From Octopus sinensis (lineage: Eukaryota): 64,000 bases of DNA. A model generated the notes under the pieces. That model saw nothing but the letters and a program-made list of their open reading frames with translations. It was not told the origin of the DNA and did not search any database. Both the position numbers and the translations under genes were made by a program. Shown here in pieces: positions 43,868 to 60,167 of the stretch (within the stretch, counting starts at the first letter, position 1; every line of letters begins with the position of its first letter). The DNA lies in contig NC_043001.1 in NCBI RefSeq assembly GCF_006345805.1, positions 95,790,001 through 95,854,000 on the forward strand, in the 5' to 3' direction.

Positions 43868-45875
43868 TTACTGCTCGAAAGTTTTTGCTTTCTCCTCCGT
43901 TGGTTTGTCCTCGAGAAGATCCCAGTACAGTTTCTTTGTGAGATATTTTTGGCATTTACCAACCGCACTGGGGAAAATGCCTTTGAGTGTGTGGTGCAGA
44001 CTTTTGGAGATGTGTATTATTTTGATGTGGTCTGGTGGTGTTGTGTATGGGTGGTTGTTTGTTTTTATGTCATCTTCTGTTATGTTTGTTTTTGATTGGA
44101 TGTATTCCATCAAATTGTGTTTTTTGGTGTCTATGGCTGTGAGCATGTTTGCTGTATATGTTTTTGTGGTGTTGGTGTGGCTGTTGTTTGCGTTGGGTTT
44201 TGAAATGTCTTCGGGAGATGTATTTCCCCCTGCTTTGTTCGTGTTTGCATTTGGTTTGGTTGTGTTTCTGCTCTTTATTTCCTTCTTTTTGTAGCTATTT
44301 GCCATTCCTCACTGGTTTCGTCGTCTTCCGACGAATTTCTGAGGAATCAGAAGGGGGTAGGGGTATGTTGTGGGCTTCTATGTATGTCTGTGTAAGTGGT
44401 TGTATTGTTGTTTTCGTTGTTGTTGGTTGTTGAGTGTTTGTGTGTGTTGAGTGCGGTATAAGGGATGGGGGATCAGTTTGTGTGTGATTTCTTGTTTTCT
44501 GTTCCTTTGGGTTTTGTTGTTGATGGTGGTGTTGGTATTTTTTCCAGGTGTCGAGTGGTTTTTGGTTGATGACGGATTAGCTTGGTGTGCTTCTCTTGTC
44601 GTCTTCTGTGTTGATGGTGGTGTGGGTAGTAGAGCTTTTTTTCCGGAGTGCTTTGGTTGTGGTAGTGGTTGTTGTTGTTGCTCTTGGTGTGCAGTGGTTG
44701 GGCACGTCTTTTTCAAGTGTGTTTCGCTTCCACACAAATAGCAGCGTGGTCGCCTGCCCTCTACCACTATATAGAGTTTGTAGCCTCCTGGCAGTTCTAT
44801 AGCCGTGGGTATCTTCTCTCTTGCTGCTTCATCCAATTGAAGCAGGAATTCGATTGATTTGCCCACATAGTCTTTCTCTCCTAGAACCGCGATTTCCAGG
44901 ATGTTTGTCTCTGACATTGTCTCTGACATTTCAAAGCAGATGGCAGAGACCACCCATTGTGTTTCGACATCAAATGGTATGTTTTTTATTTGGACTTTCG
45001 TGACCCTTTTGTTTAAATAGACTGGTATCATTACCAAGTCGTCCGAATGTAGCTCCAATGTGGAAAAACGTTTTGCTAAACTTTCGTTGAGGAAACGTAC
45101 TTGGACTGTACCAAATTTGTTTCCCCAACTGATATATTCCTTGGAGTCCCATACAGGACGAAGGCATTTATCGATTTTTCCTGCGGTGCATTTTCTGTTC
45201 TTCTTGTTTTTTTGTTTATTACTTTATAAATTATTGTTTTTTTTTGCGTGTTTTCCACGATGTTTGTGGAATATGAAGGTGCAATTTGTCTCCTTCTTTG
45301 GAGAAGAGTGCCTTTGTGCGGTTTATCTCTTGTGTGGTGAATGTTACAATTGTTCTTTTTTGTTTTGTTACGTCCGCAAAATTCGTTTTGAATTTGGCAG
45401 TAGAAGTGTTAATTGTGGCAGTATTAATTGAAGTCATGGTAGTGGTGTTGGTGTTGGCGGTATTAGCAGCAGAAGGCTTGGATGTAGCATTTGACGTCGT
45501 AGTAGTGGTGTTGGTGTTTGGCGGTGTTTCTTTGGTAGGCGGCTTTGTGCCAATTTCGTTGTTGTTGTTGTTGGTGGTGATGGTGGTGGTGCTGGCATTC
45601 ATGTTTTCGTTTGTATTCATTTTTGAAATCCCTTTCTCTGTCCCTTTATCATCAACAAGTGGTGTGGGGAGTGAGGGGAAATCTAAGTTAATGTCTTTGG
45701 TCGCGGCGATGGTGAATGCGACGTTAGATTTGTTGTTGTTGTTGTTGGTGGTGGTGATGGTGGTGACAGCGGTGTTCACGCTGCGATGTTTAGCAGCTAG
45801 TGGTAGCAATAGTGTTTTGCTACCGTTCTGCATGACTGGCGGGCTAGCCACGTGGTTTCTAGTTGCCATTTTCAA
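43868..45875 (-). CDS. Tx1 ORF1 (gag-like nucleic acid chaperone; frameshifted pieces)
   Basis: Pieces 45875-45231 (T/N-rich), 45258-45076, 45058-44378 (zinc knuckle CYLCGSETHLKKTC after an RRM-like VQIKNIP region) and 44305-43868. Confidence 0.75.
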
Positions 45876-46088
45876 AATGAAAAATGGCTAAAAAACCCCA
45901 CGAAAGTTTTGAACGTTTTTTTTGTAATTTCGCCCATACAGGGGCGGAATTCTACGTGAATAATTCTCAGGTTTTTTAGTGAATGAATTTGCACACACGA
46001 TTAAACAAAATATTTGACAACAAGGAGTTTTAAACATGTAAAGTGGCCAACTTACTTGGAGCCGATATGACTAGCGTCCGTCCATTGT

Positions 46089-46123
46089 TAGATAGATAGA
46101 TATAGATAGATAGATAGATAGAT
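46089..46123. repeat. Short (GATA)n spacer between Tx1 copies B and C
   Basis: Read directly. Confidence 0.95.
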
Positions 46124-46764
46124 ATGTTTTTCTTATTAGCCACACAGGGCTGCACACAGATAGAACAAATTACAAGGTAGAGCTTTTCTTTTGAAGGTAT
46201 TAAAAAAAAAAAAAAAAAAAAAAGGAAGGGGGAGTTCGATCAAAAGGGATCGTAAAAGGAGAGAAAGAGGACAAAAATAAGGGGGGTTAATAAAAAAAAA
46301 AAAAAAAAAAAGGGGGGGGGAGAGGAAAAAAAAATGATCAATAGGGATCGTTATCACAGAAATGTCAATATGAAGTGTAAAGGGGAGGACAGGTGAGGTT
46401 TACCCGTGGAAAGAAAAGCCTGCGGAAAAGACCACGGTAACCTCGGTCAATGAAGTCACATTTTATATTTTTTTTTTTTTTTTTTTTTTGCAAATAAGCA
46501 ACTCTCTGTTTTCGATTTCTGGGTTCATAGGACTATGCTCAAGGTGGCTTCGTCATTCATACGTGCCATTCTTGCTACATTCACCCATCTTTTTTTAAAA
46601 CATTCGCTAGACAAAACTTGCCTCTCTACTCTCACTTTCCTTTTCAAGTGGTACTTGAAGAAGTTGATGAGAGATTGACCAGAGAGGAAAGTGTTTGTCT
46701 CCAATCCTTTCAGACGCGTCCACCAGATACATTCCTTCGCCATAGCCACAAGGATGATGAAAAT
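46124..46764 (-). mobile_element. Tx1-clade LINE, copy C (3-prime 640 bp, near identical to B)
   Basis: Matches 39983-40632 apart from homopolymer lengths; encodes the ORF2 end ..RMARMNDEATLSIVL*; followed by (GATA)n 46765-46867. Confidence 0.93.
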
Positions 46765-46866
<102 letters not shown>

Positions 46867-47889
46867 TCTTCATGAATGCATGCGTATGTACAGAATAGGT
46901 TGAATTGCCAATAACCAGAATGCTGGATGCAATGTATTGTAATATTTATTGTACTTTCTTCTAGCCAGGTTGAAAATCAAACCATGTGAGGTAAACTTCG
47001 TGAGTTATCTGTTTTAATGTCAGCAATTATCTTACCTGTCTTTGGTGGTGGCTACTAATTTGGAAGACTTCGTACTGAATCTGCGATTTAAGTGTGAACT
47101 CCTTGCTCATACTTCCTGTATGTAAGGCGCTACTCTTTGTCTGGTATAACATATAAAATATTTTTTTACTTTCCATGCTAAAACGTTTATCGATAGAGAT
47201 TTATGAAAGCCATATAAATTGTACTTTTGAATATTTTCTATAAAGCAAAATTACAGAAATCTTACCTTGTAAAATGTAACTTTTAAAATATATATCAACA
47301 CAATAAACAATGGGATATTTTTTTTCTTTTACATCTGCTTCATGTTAGAATTTATATTAAAGAATACCGTAGTGGCATGTATTCTATATAGCAATTCTAT
47401 GTGATGTAGAGGGTAATTTGCAGAAGCAGGTGTTGTTGGCAACAAGTCAAGAATATTTCGCATTGTCGATAGAAAACTGTTACGATTTTTATGTTTTTAT
47501 GAATTACATAGGCAGATGCATATAAAGATATACCTGTACATACAAACACATATACATGTATGATTAAGTGCGTCATAGAAACGTAGAACGTTTGGAAATA
47601 ATATATATTGAGTACTATTGCTTCGTTTCGCTGTGGTAAACGGTCATCATTACATACATTTTTAAGTAGGATTACGTATATAACAATAAAGATAATGAAT
47701 TCTGGTTTCCAAATATTCAGTGTAACATTGTTCGATTGCAATTATATAATAATGTTGCAGCTGATGCATGCATGTATGTATGTATGTATGTATGTATGTA
47801 TGTATGTATGTATGTATGTATGTATGTATGTATGTATGTATGCATGTATGTATGTGTGTATGTATGCATGTATATATGAACAGACACTT

Positions 47890-48110
47890 CACTGCACATG
47901 ATGACGAGTTTTACGCTTAATCCAATCAACGGAACAAACTTGTTCTTGAAGTGCAAGTGGAAGAGTAATCGACACGTATCCTCAACGTCGTTCGTGCGGA
48001 ACTGCAGCGTGACCAGAATCTTATCAGACCTCATCCCATTGAAAATTACAGGTACAATTCATCTTTGCCACCTGAGTGAAGTAAAATCTCTTGCTCAGGG
48101 ACACAATACG
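47890..48110 (-). mobile_element. Degenerate SINE-like repeat, family 3
   Basis: Reverse-complement similarity to 18190-18400; CORE-like CTTGCTCAGGGACACAATACGCC. Confidence 0.45.
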
Positions 48111-50250
48111 CCAAGAATCGCATTCTGAAGGCACCCGACAACATTGCTTAGAACATCATGCTCAATAGCATAGGTGGGTGTACACAACTCTTTATGACTC
48201 TCTAGTAACCAGCAATGCGTCGCAAGAACATACACTAGTACTTGGGCGTGCAAGCCATCAAGGAAGTGTTGCACAATGCTGATGAACTTGTTCTGGGAAA
48301 CCGAACTGTCCCATTTTCTTCTAAAGCCACTCGTGACATTAACAACTTCAAAGGCCTTGTTTAGATCTACAAACCTTGTGTATAGATCTTGGCACTCCTC
48401 TTGAAATTGGCGTCTGGTAAGGATCATGTGACTGTCCCCCACGGCGGACTCTGAAGCAACACTGACTCTCTAGCAGAGGCCCGTCTTCTATGTGTTCAAT
48501 TAGGTGGTTACTTATGACTCATTAGAGTATTTTCCAGCTACTACGAGGAGAGACATACTTCGGTGGTTGTACAAGTCATTCTGTTTCCCTTTCTATTCTA
48601 GAAAAGGGCAATTGAAGCGTCCTTGCGCTCCTAAGGATCAACTTCTTGTTGCCACATTGTCTGAAAGAGAGTCGTGATCTTCTCCGCCGAGACCGGTTCA
48701 CCTCCATGTATATATCAGCTGGGATGTGTCAAAGCCTGGGTCCTTGCCACATTTATGGTCTGCCAAGGATGTATTGTCAACATGAAGCATGCAAGCAATG
48801 ACCTCAGCTTTGATGGAGGAGGGCCTGGTTTGGAGTTTTTGAAGTGGTCCACACACCTTATAATGATAGCGGTTTAATAAGTGAGGAGTATCGTCCCATC
48901 AGCACTGAGGAGAGGTGATTCTCCGGTGGAATGTGAACCATATATGGCTTTCAGTATATCGTAAGTGCTTGATGTTTGGAGTTATCGCTGTTAGATTACT
49001 ACTGTATATCATCCGCTTTGCTGCTGTGCCAGGAATCTTCCATCCCCTTGAGCGTTAGTGAGCATCTTGCTTTCGTTGGCGTTTTTTGTCAGCCGAACTG
49101 ATGTACTGCTGAGAGGCACTCTAGGTCCCATGCTTCTAATCGCGCAGATTCTGAATGTATTCATCGTTAAATTCTTGGTGTTTGTGTGGGCTCTGGCCTA
49201 TATCAGTGGGAGCAGTATTGTGCAACTCGTCTCTGAAAATCGCCTTGCCTTCTTCCGTTCCCTTTGTACCTACATGGAGTTGTCTCAACTTGTCCAGGAG
49301 CTTAAGTTTCGTATTGTTTCAGGTTTGTTTCAATTTGCTAATATTTATTCGCTTGTTTGCCGGTTCTCCTAGTTTTTGCCGGCTGGGGTGAATGTACATG
49401 TCACGGCTTGCGTGGATGAGCCTGTGACCTGTCCAGCATCCTATGCCACACATGATTCTGCACCCTAACGTCCAGCCTGTTTCATCTCCTCGTTATGACG
49501 TAGTCAATTAGATGATAATCTTTGCTGCGTGAAGGCATCCAGCGTGTCCTTTTACATTTGGGCAAGCGAGACTCTTTGTTGGTGATCAGCAGGTCATATA
49601 CTGCACAGTTTTCCAGTAGGATATACGATTTGTTGTGGCTCTTGCGAACTTGTTTTCTCCGCAAAATTCTCATCCATGTCTGGTTGTCTGTACCATTCCT
49701 GGAGTTGAAGTCACCAAGAGCGATGAGGCTGTCTCCTTAGGCACATCTGCTTTGAGATACTCCAAGACTTCACAAAGCTTATGCCTGACCTTCTCAGAGT
49801 TGATAATGATAATGATGGAATGGTGTACTCCTCTGAGGGGAGATCAGTAGAGACATCAGTCGGTAATACAGGTGTTTGTGGAGACTGGTAAGATTGCTGA
49901 TCAGAGTAGATCCGAGTGCAAAGCCATTTCCTGCTTCAGACATTCTTCGCTACTGCGGCCACTCTAGGTGTAACCGGCTTTGCCTCTGTCAGCTCGTCTC
50001 TGTCTGCTAGCTTGTGTGGATGTTGTACCCATCGAGTTCTCTTGCAACATGTCGTGTCCGAGTCTCAGTTTGTTTGCTTTGACGCTCCCCGTAGACATCC
50101 GCCATTTTTACGTGCCAATGGATAGCGAAAGTCATCAATGATTCTCCTTTTGGTGCTTCGACTGGCTGTGATCCCCGGATAACGCAACATACAGACGAGG
50201 GTGAGATGAACCAGTCTATTTTTAGGGCACTTTTCATAAGATCGCTTGTC
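48105..50250 (-). pseudogene. Decayed RTE-clade (BovB-like) LINE, APE + N-terminal RT
   Basis: Fragments RHVARELDGYNI, WMPSRSKDYHLIDYVITRR, LFQTMWQQE...HRSMSLLVVAGKIL and FVDLNKAF, with many stops and frameshifts. Confidence 0.8.
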
Positions 50251-51310
50251 TTCAAAATAAAGACGGAATAGTATTAAAAAGAAACTGCAAAAGAAAAACG
50301 CCTGAGAAATTATCTTCTGATTCAGAATCTGAACTTGAAAGATTCAGCACATCTGCTAGAAAGAGCTACAGAACTGAAAAGAACTAATTTAGGCAGACGC
50401 CTTTATTAGACATTTGTCTGAAAAATGGAATTAACTAAATGTATTTACCACCGATAATTTTTTCCAGTGATTTGTGCAATTTGTTTAAAAAATGTTTTTA
50501 GAAATACATAATGACTTTTAACTTAAGGTAACCTCGCTTTCCAATATTTTGACTTTTTCGCGAGCAACATACATGTACAAGCATGCGCATACGTATGTCC
50601 GTGTATATATTATATACATTATGTTATATCTATTATATCATATTATGGTATATATGAATATATTATATACAATATTTGAAATCATCTAGAATTGAGTTTT
50701 GATTGCATTTTATTTGAATTATATAGACAATTTTAAAATGGTTAAAATATAAAGAAAAATATAATGAAGAGACATATGATATGAAGAGAAACCAAACTTC
50801 AAAATGGAGTTGAACTTCAGATGCCAGATGTGCACAGATGTGTAACACATCGTTGCAGTAATATAATAAATAACAATTCTAGACGAATAGTCATTATTAG
50901 TTTTCATTATAACCGAATATGTATTCTACAAGTAATTACACTATTTGAGATAGAAACATAAATGTATTGTGCGTGATTGCTTCTTTTGCTAACATGATCA
51001 AAAATATCGAGAGCTTAGAACATTAAAAAATAGAACTATAATTCAAAATAAGAAGTAGCGAGTAATACAGTTTGTAATGCAGCTCTAATTTCTATTGTCA
51101 CGACTTGTTTCATTAGCTGATGTCTACCATTTGTTCATTTCTTTCAAAATATTATTCTTGTATTTCTTCTCAATCTTCATATGTTCTGAGAATATACATT
51201 GTGGTGTGATTAGGTATTTAACTTGGCAACTAGACTGTTTGTTACTGCTTGGATCTAAATGGGAAATATTTGGGGAGAATGCGTTGTTAGAGTTTTTTTT
51301 TTCTCCCTTT

Positions 51311-51603
51311 CCAAGCCTAGCCAGGCTCATGGGCCCGGTTGCCCGGTTTCTTTGGCGTATGTGTTCCCCCAGCTGGACTGGACGCCAGTCCATCGCAGCG
51401 TTACTCAAGAAACATGAAGAGAGAGTGAGAGAAATTTGAGCGAAAGAGTACAACAGGGGTCGCCGCCGCCCCCTGCCGGAGCCTCGTGGAGGTTTAGGTC
51501 TTTTCTCTCAATAAACACACACAACGCCCGGTCTGGAAATCGAATCTGCGATCCCCCGACCTAACAGTCCGCTGCCTTAACCACTGGGCCATTGCGCCTC
51601 CAC
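51311..51603 (-). mobile_element. tRNA-derived SINE, family 4, full length
   Basis: Reverse complement of the GGAGGCGCAATGGCCCAGTGGTTAAGGCAGCGGAC head and the same body as 34809-35069. Confidence 0.9.
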
Positions 51604-52265
51604 GTTTGTAAAATTAGGGCCATGATGACTGAACTGCATTCATATATTCTAGGTGCTCATTGTAAAAACTTTAGTATTAATGATTTGTCTGAAGTAATTC
51701 AAAAACGCTATCAAACGTGTTTCAACTTTTGCATCTCCTTTATGAAATCCATTTCGTTTCTATTTCACTGATTCCGGTCCACGTAAACGTCAGGCCCTGT
51801 GCAATGTCTGCATAAACATTCAGGCCTTATTCAATTTCCTTGGTCTCATTATCGCTATTTCGTCATCGTACGCTCGAAGGTAAACGCGACGGACATTCTT
51901 GCTACTCCAGAATATGAATCTTCCATACAATCCCCCAGCAGTCGTCCATTTTGCCACAAGCCAACAAAGTTGCCAATAATAATATCACACGTCTCGGAGG
52001 ACCTGCGAAAAGTCCTCAGGCCATTATCTTCCTCATCCACAAATGAGTTATAAAACTGAAATTTTCACACAGACATAAATACACAAAACGACGCACATGA
52101 ATGCACATACAATGTGAGACACACATGTATGCCGAGACAAATTACACTTTCCAAAGATATTCTTTACATTTGATTATGTTCATGTATGTGCAGGTAAGTA
52201 TCGGTCTTCTTTGTCTAATGCTCATATTCTTTCTTTAAGATGACGGTTGCGTGTTGGAGGAGAGT

Positions 52266-52489
52266 TACTCTTTTATCTTTTAACTTTTACTTGTATTAGT
52301 CATCTGACTGTGGCCATGCTGGAGCACCACCGTTAGTCGAGCAAATCCTTGTAAGCCTAGTACTTATTCTATCGGTCACTTTTGCCGAACCGCCAGCTTA
52401 CGGGGACGTAAACACACCAGCATCGGTTGTCAAGCGATATTGGGGACAAACACAGACACACAAACATATACTCACACACACATATACAT

Positions 52490-52549
<60 letters not shown>

Positions 52550-53298
52550 TAGCAGTATTGCCCGGCTCGGCGGGGATTTCAAGGGAGAGCTTCAGGGAGT
52601 CACTGGCGATGTATCATGATGATCAAAAATCCGGCCTGCTAAAATTTGGTTAAAGTGATTCAAACTGCAGACTCAACGCAAACGGGTCACATTTAATTCA
52701 AAGCGTTAAAAATATTATGAAAACAATTGGTATGTGTTCACAAAGTCCAAACGATTAATAGGAAAACACCTTCCAGCCTACATCCCGAAAATTCATTTCT
52801 TTGCCGAATTCCTACAATGCTTACGGCGATTCGTTTTTATATCTTGATTTTTTTTATTTTTCATGCAATTTACGCATTGATGCACGCGTGGTGAACACGG
52901 TTCACATCAAACAGCTGACTCAGTAAAGTTCACTATTCAATGTATGGGATTAGGCCTAAACAAACACATTATCGATTTTTTCACTTGCGAGATGAATTTC
53001 GGAAGAGAAATAGCGCGGTTCAATTTTCATTCGCCTAAACTTTAAGTGACCCATTTTTGGTGGTTCTACGTTTTGTTGGCTAGGAGGAGATGTGCCGGGA
53101 AGTTAAACACACAGACACACACACAGATACACACACAGACACACAAGTTGAGTCTCATATATATATATATATACGACGGACCTCTTTCAGTTTCCGTCAA
53201 CCAAATCCACTAACACACTTGCCCAATGTGCCACGCAGTGGAACTGAACCCGGAACCATGAAGTTCGTAAGCAATCTACTTAACACACAACCACTCCT
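52266..53298 (-). mobile_element. Family-1 SINE split by an insertion in its internal (TA)n
   Basis: Tail at 52266-52500 and head at 53172-53298, separated by the element below. Confidence 0.85.
52547..53165 (+). mobile_element. DINE-1/HINE-like non-autonomous Helentron derivative
   Basis: 5-prime TACTAGCAGTATTGCCCGGCTCGGCGGG (subterminal inverted repeat), CCGGG near the 3-prime end, (CACAGA/CA)n microsatellite and a GAGTCTCATATATAT end. Confidence 0.6.
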
Positions 53299-54261
53299 AT
53301 GCCTAATGGACTAATGCGTGGATCATTTTTTCAACCTTTTTATGCTACATCCATCAAATGGGCTTAAATGCGTGCTCCTAATTTATAACATATTCTCATT
53401 GATTTAATAAAACTCTCGGGAAAACACAATGTTTTTTCTTTTGTTTTTTTAATACAGCATTCCGCTATAGTATTCAGTTAGCATAGCTTTTTTACACTCT
53501 AGGCACATGCATATATAACACATAACCTGATAAAGTGCTGAAAATATATACACACTAGGAAATGCACCAAAGGTTTTACTGTATATTTGCATATATAAAA
53601 TCACCTTTGATATCGAAATAACTTTCTAGAAAGAGTCTTTCTTGGTTCTCTTGAAGAAATAATATAGCAGTCATCGGTCTTATGATTCGTTCTGTTTTCT
53701 TAAATGTAACAACGTTTTGCTCTGTATTAAAACAGGTTTAATTTTGTCTGAAATCACTTTCTCACAAACTGACTATCCCAAACCACTGACGAAATTTAAA
53801 TATTTATGCCTTTTGTACAGGTCCATCATACGAACAATTGGCCTTAGATTTCAAGCATGATGTAATTAACTTCATAAAGGTGATTCCCAAAGCAGCTTCC
53901 AGATGATTATCATTTGATTGAGAATATCATCCAGAAAACGCTATGACATCCTTTATTATATATATAAGAAATCTATACTTTACGGGATAATAACGGGACA
54001 GGTTAATCCAATTAACATCGCGTAAACTATCTATTATCGTAGCCAATAAAGAGTTATAAAACTATTAGAAAGAGACCCTGCGTAGAGTTTGGATTTGAGG
54101 ATTATATATGTCATAAATCTAAACACCACAAGAGTTAACGGGAAGGTAAGAAAAGGCAATTTCTAAAACACATGCCTTAGATGTAGCTGCTCATATATGC
54201 ATACTTTTAAACTAATATAAAGATACTCAAGATTTATATTGAAAATATTTCCTCCTTTTCT

Positions 54262-54464
54262 AATGCGGTGAGCTGACAGCACGCCAGGCAAAATGCATAG
54301 AGGCATTTTCCCCGTCTTTTCTTTCTGTGTTCAAATGCCACCAAAGCCGACTTTGCCTTTCGTGCTTCCAAGGTTCAATAAATAATTACCAGTTGAGGAC
54401 TGGAGTCGATGTAATCAGCTTACTCCTTCTAGAAATTACTGGCATTTTGCCAAAATTTGAAACC
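54262..54464 (+). mobile_element. tRNA-derived SINE, family 2
   Basis: GCGGTGAGCTGACAG...TGTGTTCAAATGCC...GACTTTGCCTTTC...TACCAGTTGAGGACTGGAGTCGATGTAATC...AAAATTTGAAACC. Confidence 0.75.
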
Positions 54465-54859
54465 GACATTCCTATATTCTAATTATGATTGTTTTCATTT
54501 CTTATTTCCACTCAACAGTAACCTCACAATGGTTAGACTCTCACAATGATTGATGCCAAGTCAAACTAAAGAATAGCCATGGAATTGGCAACACTTTTAA
54601 ACTCGATCAGCAGCACATCAGACAAAATGCATCAAAGTGATGCACATATAACTCATACCACCAATTGCTGGACTTTTGGCGAGATAGGAATTAGTCATAA
54701 CCCACATGGATGTCGTGAAAAATTACTATAGAATGTCATTTAATTTTTAAAATCCTTGTCGAAAACACTTGCAATTTAGGATGTCAGATATTTCTATGTA
54801 CTTATATAATTTTTGCCTTCGTTCTTAACTATTCGTGGGTAAATCGGGCAAGCAGCATC

Positions 54860-54878
54860 AACTATATTATTATTACTA

Positions 54879-54931
<53 letters not shown>

Positions 54932-54960
54932 GTTGTTGTTGTTGTTGTTGTTGTTGTTAT
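54860..54960. repeat. (ATT)n-(GTT)n microsatellite
   Basis: Read directly. Confidence 0.95.
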
Positions 54961-54999
54961 ATTTAATATTGCTGCTGCTGTTGTTGTTTTTGTTGTCTT

Positions 55000-55570
55000 C
55001 GTTTCATTCTATTCCCGTCCCTTGCCGAGTGTCTTTTACGACACTTGGGACAGAGAAACTCACATTGTACATCGGTACGTCATTAAAATAAACACAACAA
55101 ATTGTTCATTTATACAACCAAGATGTGTAATGGAAAAAAGAAGAAAAAGAAACTAAACAAAAAATGAAAGAAAGAAAATAGGTTGAAAAGGACAAAAAAT
55201 GCACACGGACAATACACTTTTCATTATGTGTAAATTACCAGTTAAAACAATCTTTTGCCCTTCTTGCTTGGATGATATTCTCAAATTATTTTCAGCTCCT
55301 TTTTTTTATCATTCCAAGTAATCCTACAATCACTGGTATAGTGGCCGTCTTGTGATGCTTCATTTGTTCCATTTGAATAAGCTAATCTTTATATTTTCTG
55401 AGCTTATCAAATTCTTTTGTCGAGATACTATGATCATAAGGCATGCTTATATCAGTCAATAAACAGACTTTGTTATTTTGATCTTTCACAATAATATCCG
55501 ATTTATTAGCTTTGATGGTTCTGTCTGTGTCTACTGCAAAATCTCAAGCAATCGATACATTTTCTCCCTT
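55000..55570 (-). pseudogene. R4/Dong-like LINE 3-prime fragment (REL domain), old copy
   Basis: DFAVDTDRTIKANKSDIIVKDQNNKVCLLTDISMPYD...IPVIVGLLGMIKK; the 3-prime side runs to the ATT/GTT tract. Confidence 0.7.
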
Positions 55571-55779
55571 TGTTACAGCATCAGGCTGGTGCTTATAACA
55601 TTCCTCCGAAGTTTTGATCTGATATTGCCGATACATTAATTTCTTTTTTCGCTCCTCAGAACGTTCGTTACTGTGTGTTGTAGTAGACTCTGTGAGAGCT
55701 GTCGAGTGTCTCATGGGGTCTCTTTTTCGCACATTATCAGCTTTGATATTTGGTTGTTAATTATCCTGGGAGACATTCA

Positions 55780-56390
55780 AGTGCCAAGCACCAATCTCAA
55801 AATCCTAGCTGTCCCCAGCAAAGCAGCTGATTGAATTTGCTCTGCTCTCTTGTCAATTCCAATTTCTTTAACATATTTCTCGAACTTCGTTGTTAGTGAT
55901 GCGACTACCCCTACAACTACTGGAATTGAGAGATGCTCTCTTCATAGTCCACACCTTGTAATTTCGTCTTTTAGCAGTCTGCTCTTCCAAATATTCTCTA
56001 GTTCTTTGCTACTTCTGCGTTCGTCTCCAGGTATTGCAATATCAATGATCTTAATTTCTGAGTCTCGTTTAGGTAGTCAGACTGGATCGTAAATCTCTGC
56101 AGTATCTTATGTTCCCCCTTCTCGGTGACTCCTAATTCATATTCGCGCAATTTCCGTGCTCTGTTCAGACATTAATTTTCACGTAGCCTCCAGTGGATGA
56201 ACTTAGTCTCGTTATCGTGCCTTTTTTTTGCCGTGCTTCAGGACCAGCTTCCTACATTCACTCCCAATATGTGAAATTGTTTCGTTTCTGCCGTCACACA
56301 TCCTAAAAAGGGGCGATTCGCGACTTATATATTTGTAATTTGTAGTAATTAGTTCTTAGAGCTTGTTCCTAGACGCTTCAAATCAATGCC
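55780..56390 (-). pseudogene. R4-clade LINE fragment (CCHC + REL), old copy of another subfamily
   Basis: RMCDGRNETISHIGSECRKL...RHDN..FIHW and IKIIDIAIPGDE motifs, with stops. Confidence 0.7.
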
Positions 56391-56628
56391 TCAGTGCATC
56401 CTTTCAGATCAGTTTTTCTTAGTCATCTCCAAGTGTTGATCTTGCTTTTTTCTTCGAGTGTTCTGAGATATTACAATGTGCAGTGGTTTTATTTTCCAGC
56501 TATTTATCTTTTTTTTTTCTCCATCATACATCTTGAATGTTTGTGGGTGCATCAAATTTTCGGTAGGTGTTATATTGATATTATCATTATATTATTGTTT
56601 TTGTTGTTGTTGTTGATGATGATGTTAT

Positions 56629-57645
56629 TCAGTAGTATTATTTTATCACGTTCTTTCACTGCCGAGTGTAGCCCTCTGTACCTTGGGGATGTTCTGTGGT
56701 TTGTTACGGTGCTCTTATTTTCACTGTATTGAAAGTGCTTTACGCAGGATATGTGCAGTGTCTAGTAATGATATTTCCTGTATGTTATATACATTTGTAA
56801 CTTCTGATATTTTGATTATGCATTTGTCTGAATGCTTTATAATCATATCCAATGCAGCTATTATTATTGGGATTGGTCTGCTTTTTAGGCTCCACATTCC
56901 AGTTACCGCTATTTCCAGATCTTTGTATTTGGTGAGTTTCTCCGTTTCTGTAACAAATACATTATGGTCAACAGCTGGTATTGATACATCAATTGGAATG
57001 CATTTTGTTTTTCTTTGTGATCTCTGACTGCTACATCTGGTATATTAGTCTTCGTTTCATGGTATATCCCCCTGTATGGTTGCTTTGTCATTTTCTGAGA
57101 CATTTTTTGAAGTGTTCCTTTTTTTCTATTGTCATTTCATTTTGTTGGCATAGCTTTCAGCATCATGTCTGGGCAGCAAGAGATAAAACGATATATTGTT
57201 TCTCCCCAACCACCATATATTCTGCAGTTATTTGTATTTTTATGTGATCTTGTGCTACAATTAAAAGTTCTTCAGTCTCTCGTTTGAGTCCTGAGCTTCT
57301 CAGTCAATCTTGGGATCTTACTTTGTCTATTTCATTCCTGTTTAACTTACCCCAATATTTGCCATGTAAGGGCATTTCTTGACATCATTTTATCATGATA
57401 ATTTGTTCTTCCACTTTTAGTTTGGATTGCATTTGATTTCCAGCTTTTATTGTTTTTTCGTTTTCTTCATATTTATCAGGATCCATGACTGCATTCTTGT
57501 ATATTTCAGCCTCCTTAAAGACAGTAAGTGTTTTGTTTTGTTCGTGTTTGGTGGATAATTTTACAGGTATTCCTTACTTGTTAATTAAGCATTTCTGTAA
57601 TCCTATGGTGGCGGAATTGAAATAGTTTTCAAGCCGTATAAGACA
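56629..57645 (-). mobile_element. R4/Dong-like LINE copy D1 (3-prime ~1 kb, diverged)
   Basis: Homologous to 57772-58700 and 60761-61950; its 3-prime UTR abuts (AAT/CAT/AAC)n at ~56575-56628. Confidence 0.85.
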
Positions 57646-57771
57646 TATAGATCTATATTTAAGAGATAGGAAATTATGTACGTTATTTACACTATTAACA
57701 TTTGACGGATATATGCTCTCATCTTCTTTGTTGTTAGCACGCTTCCGTTGATATACCCTCCAGCCTTCATC

Positions 57772-60167
<2,396 letters not shown>

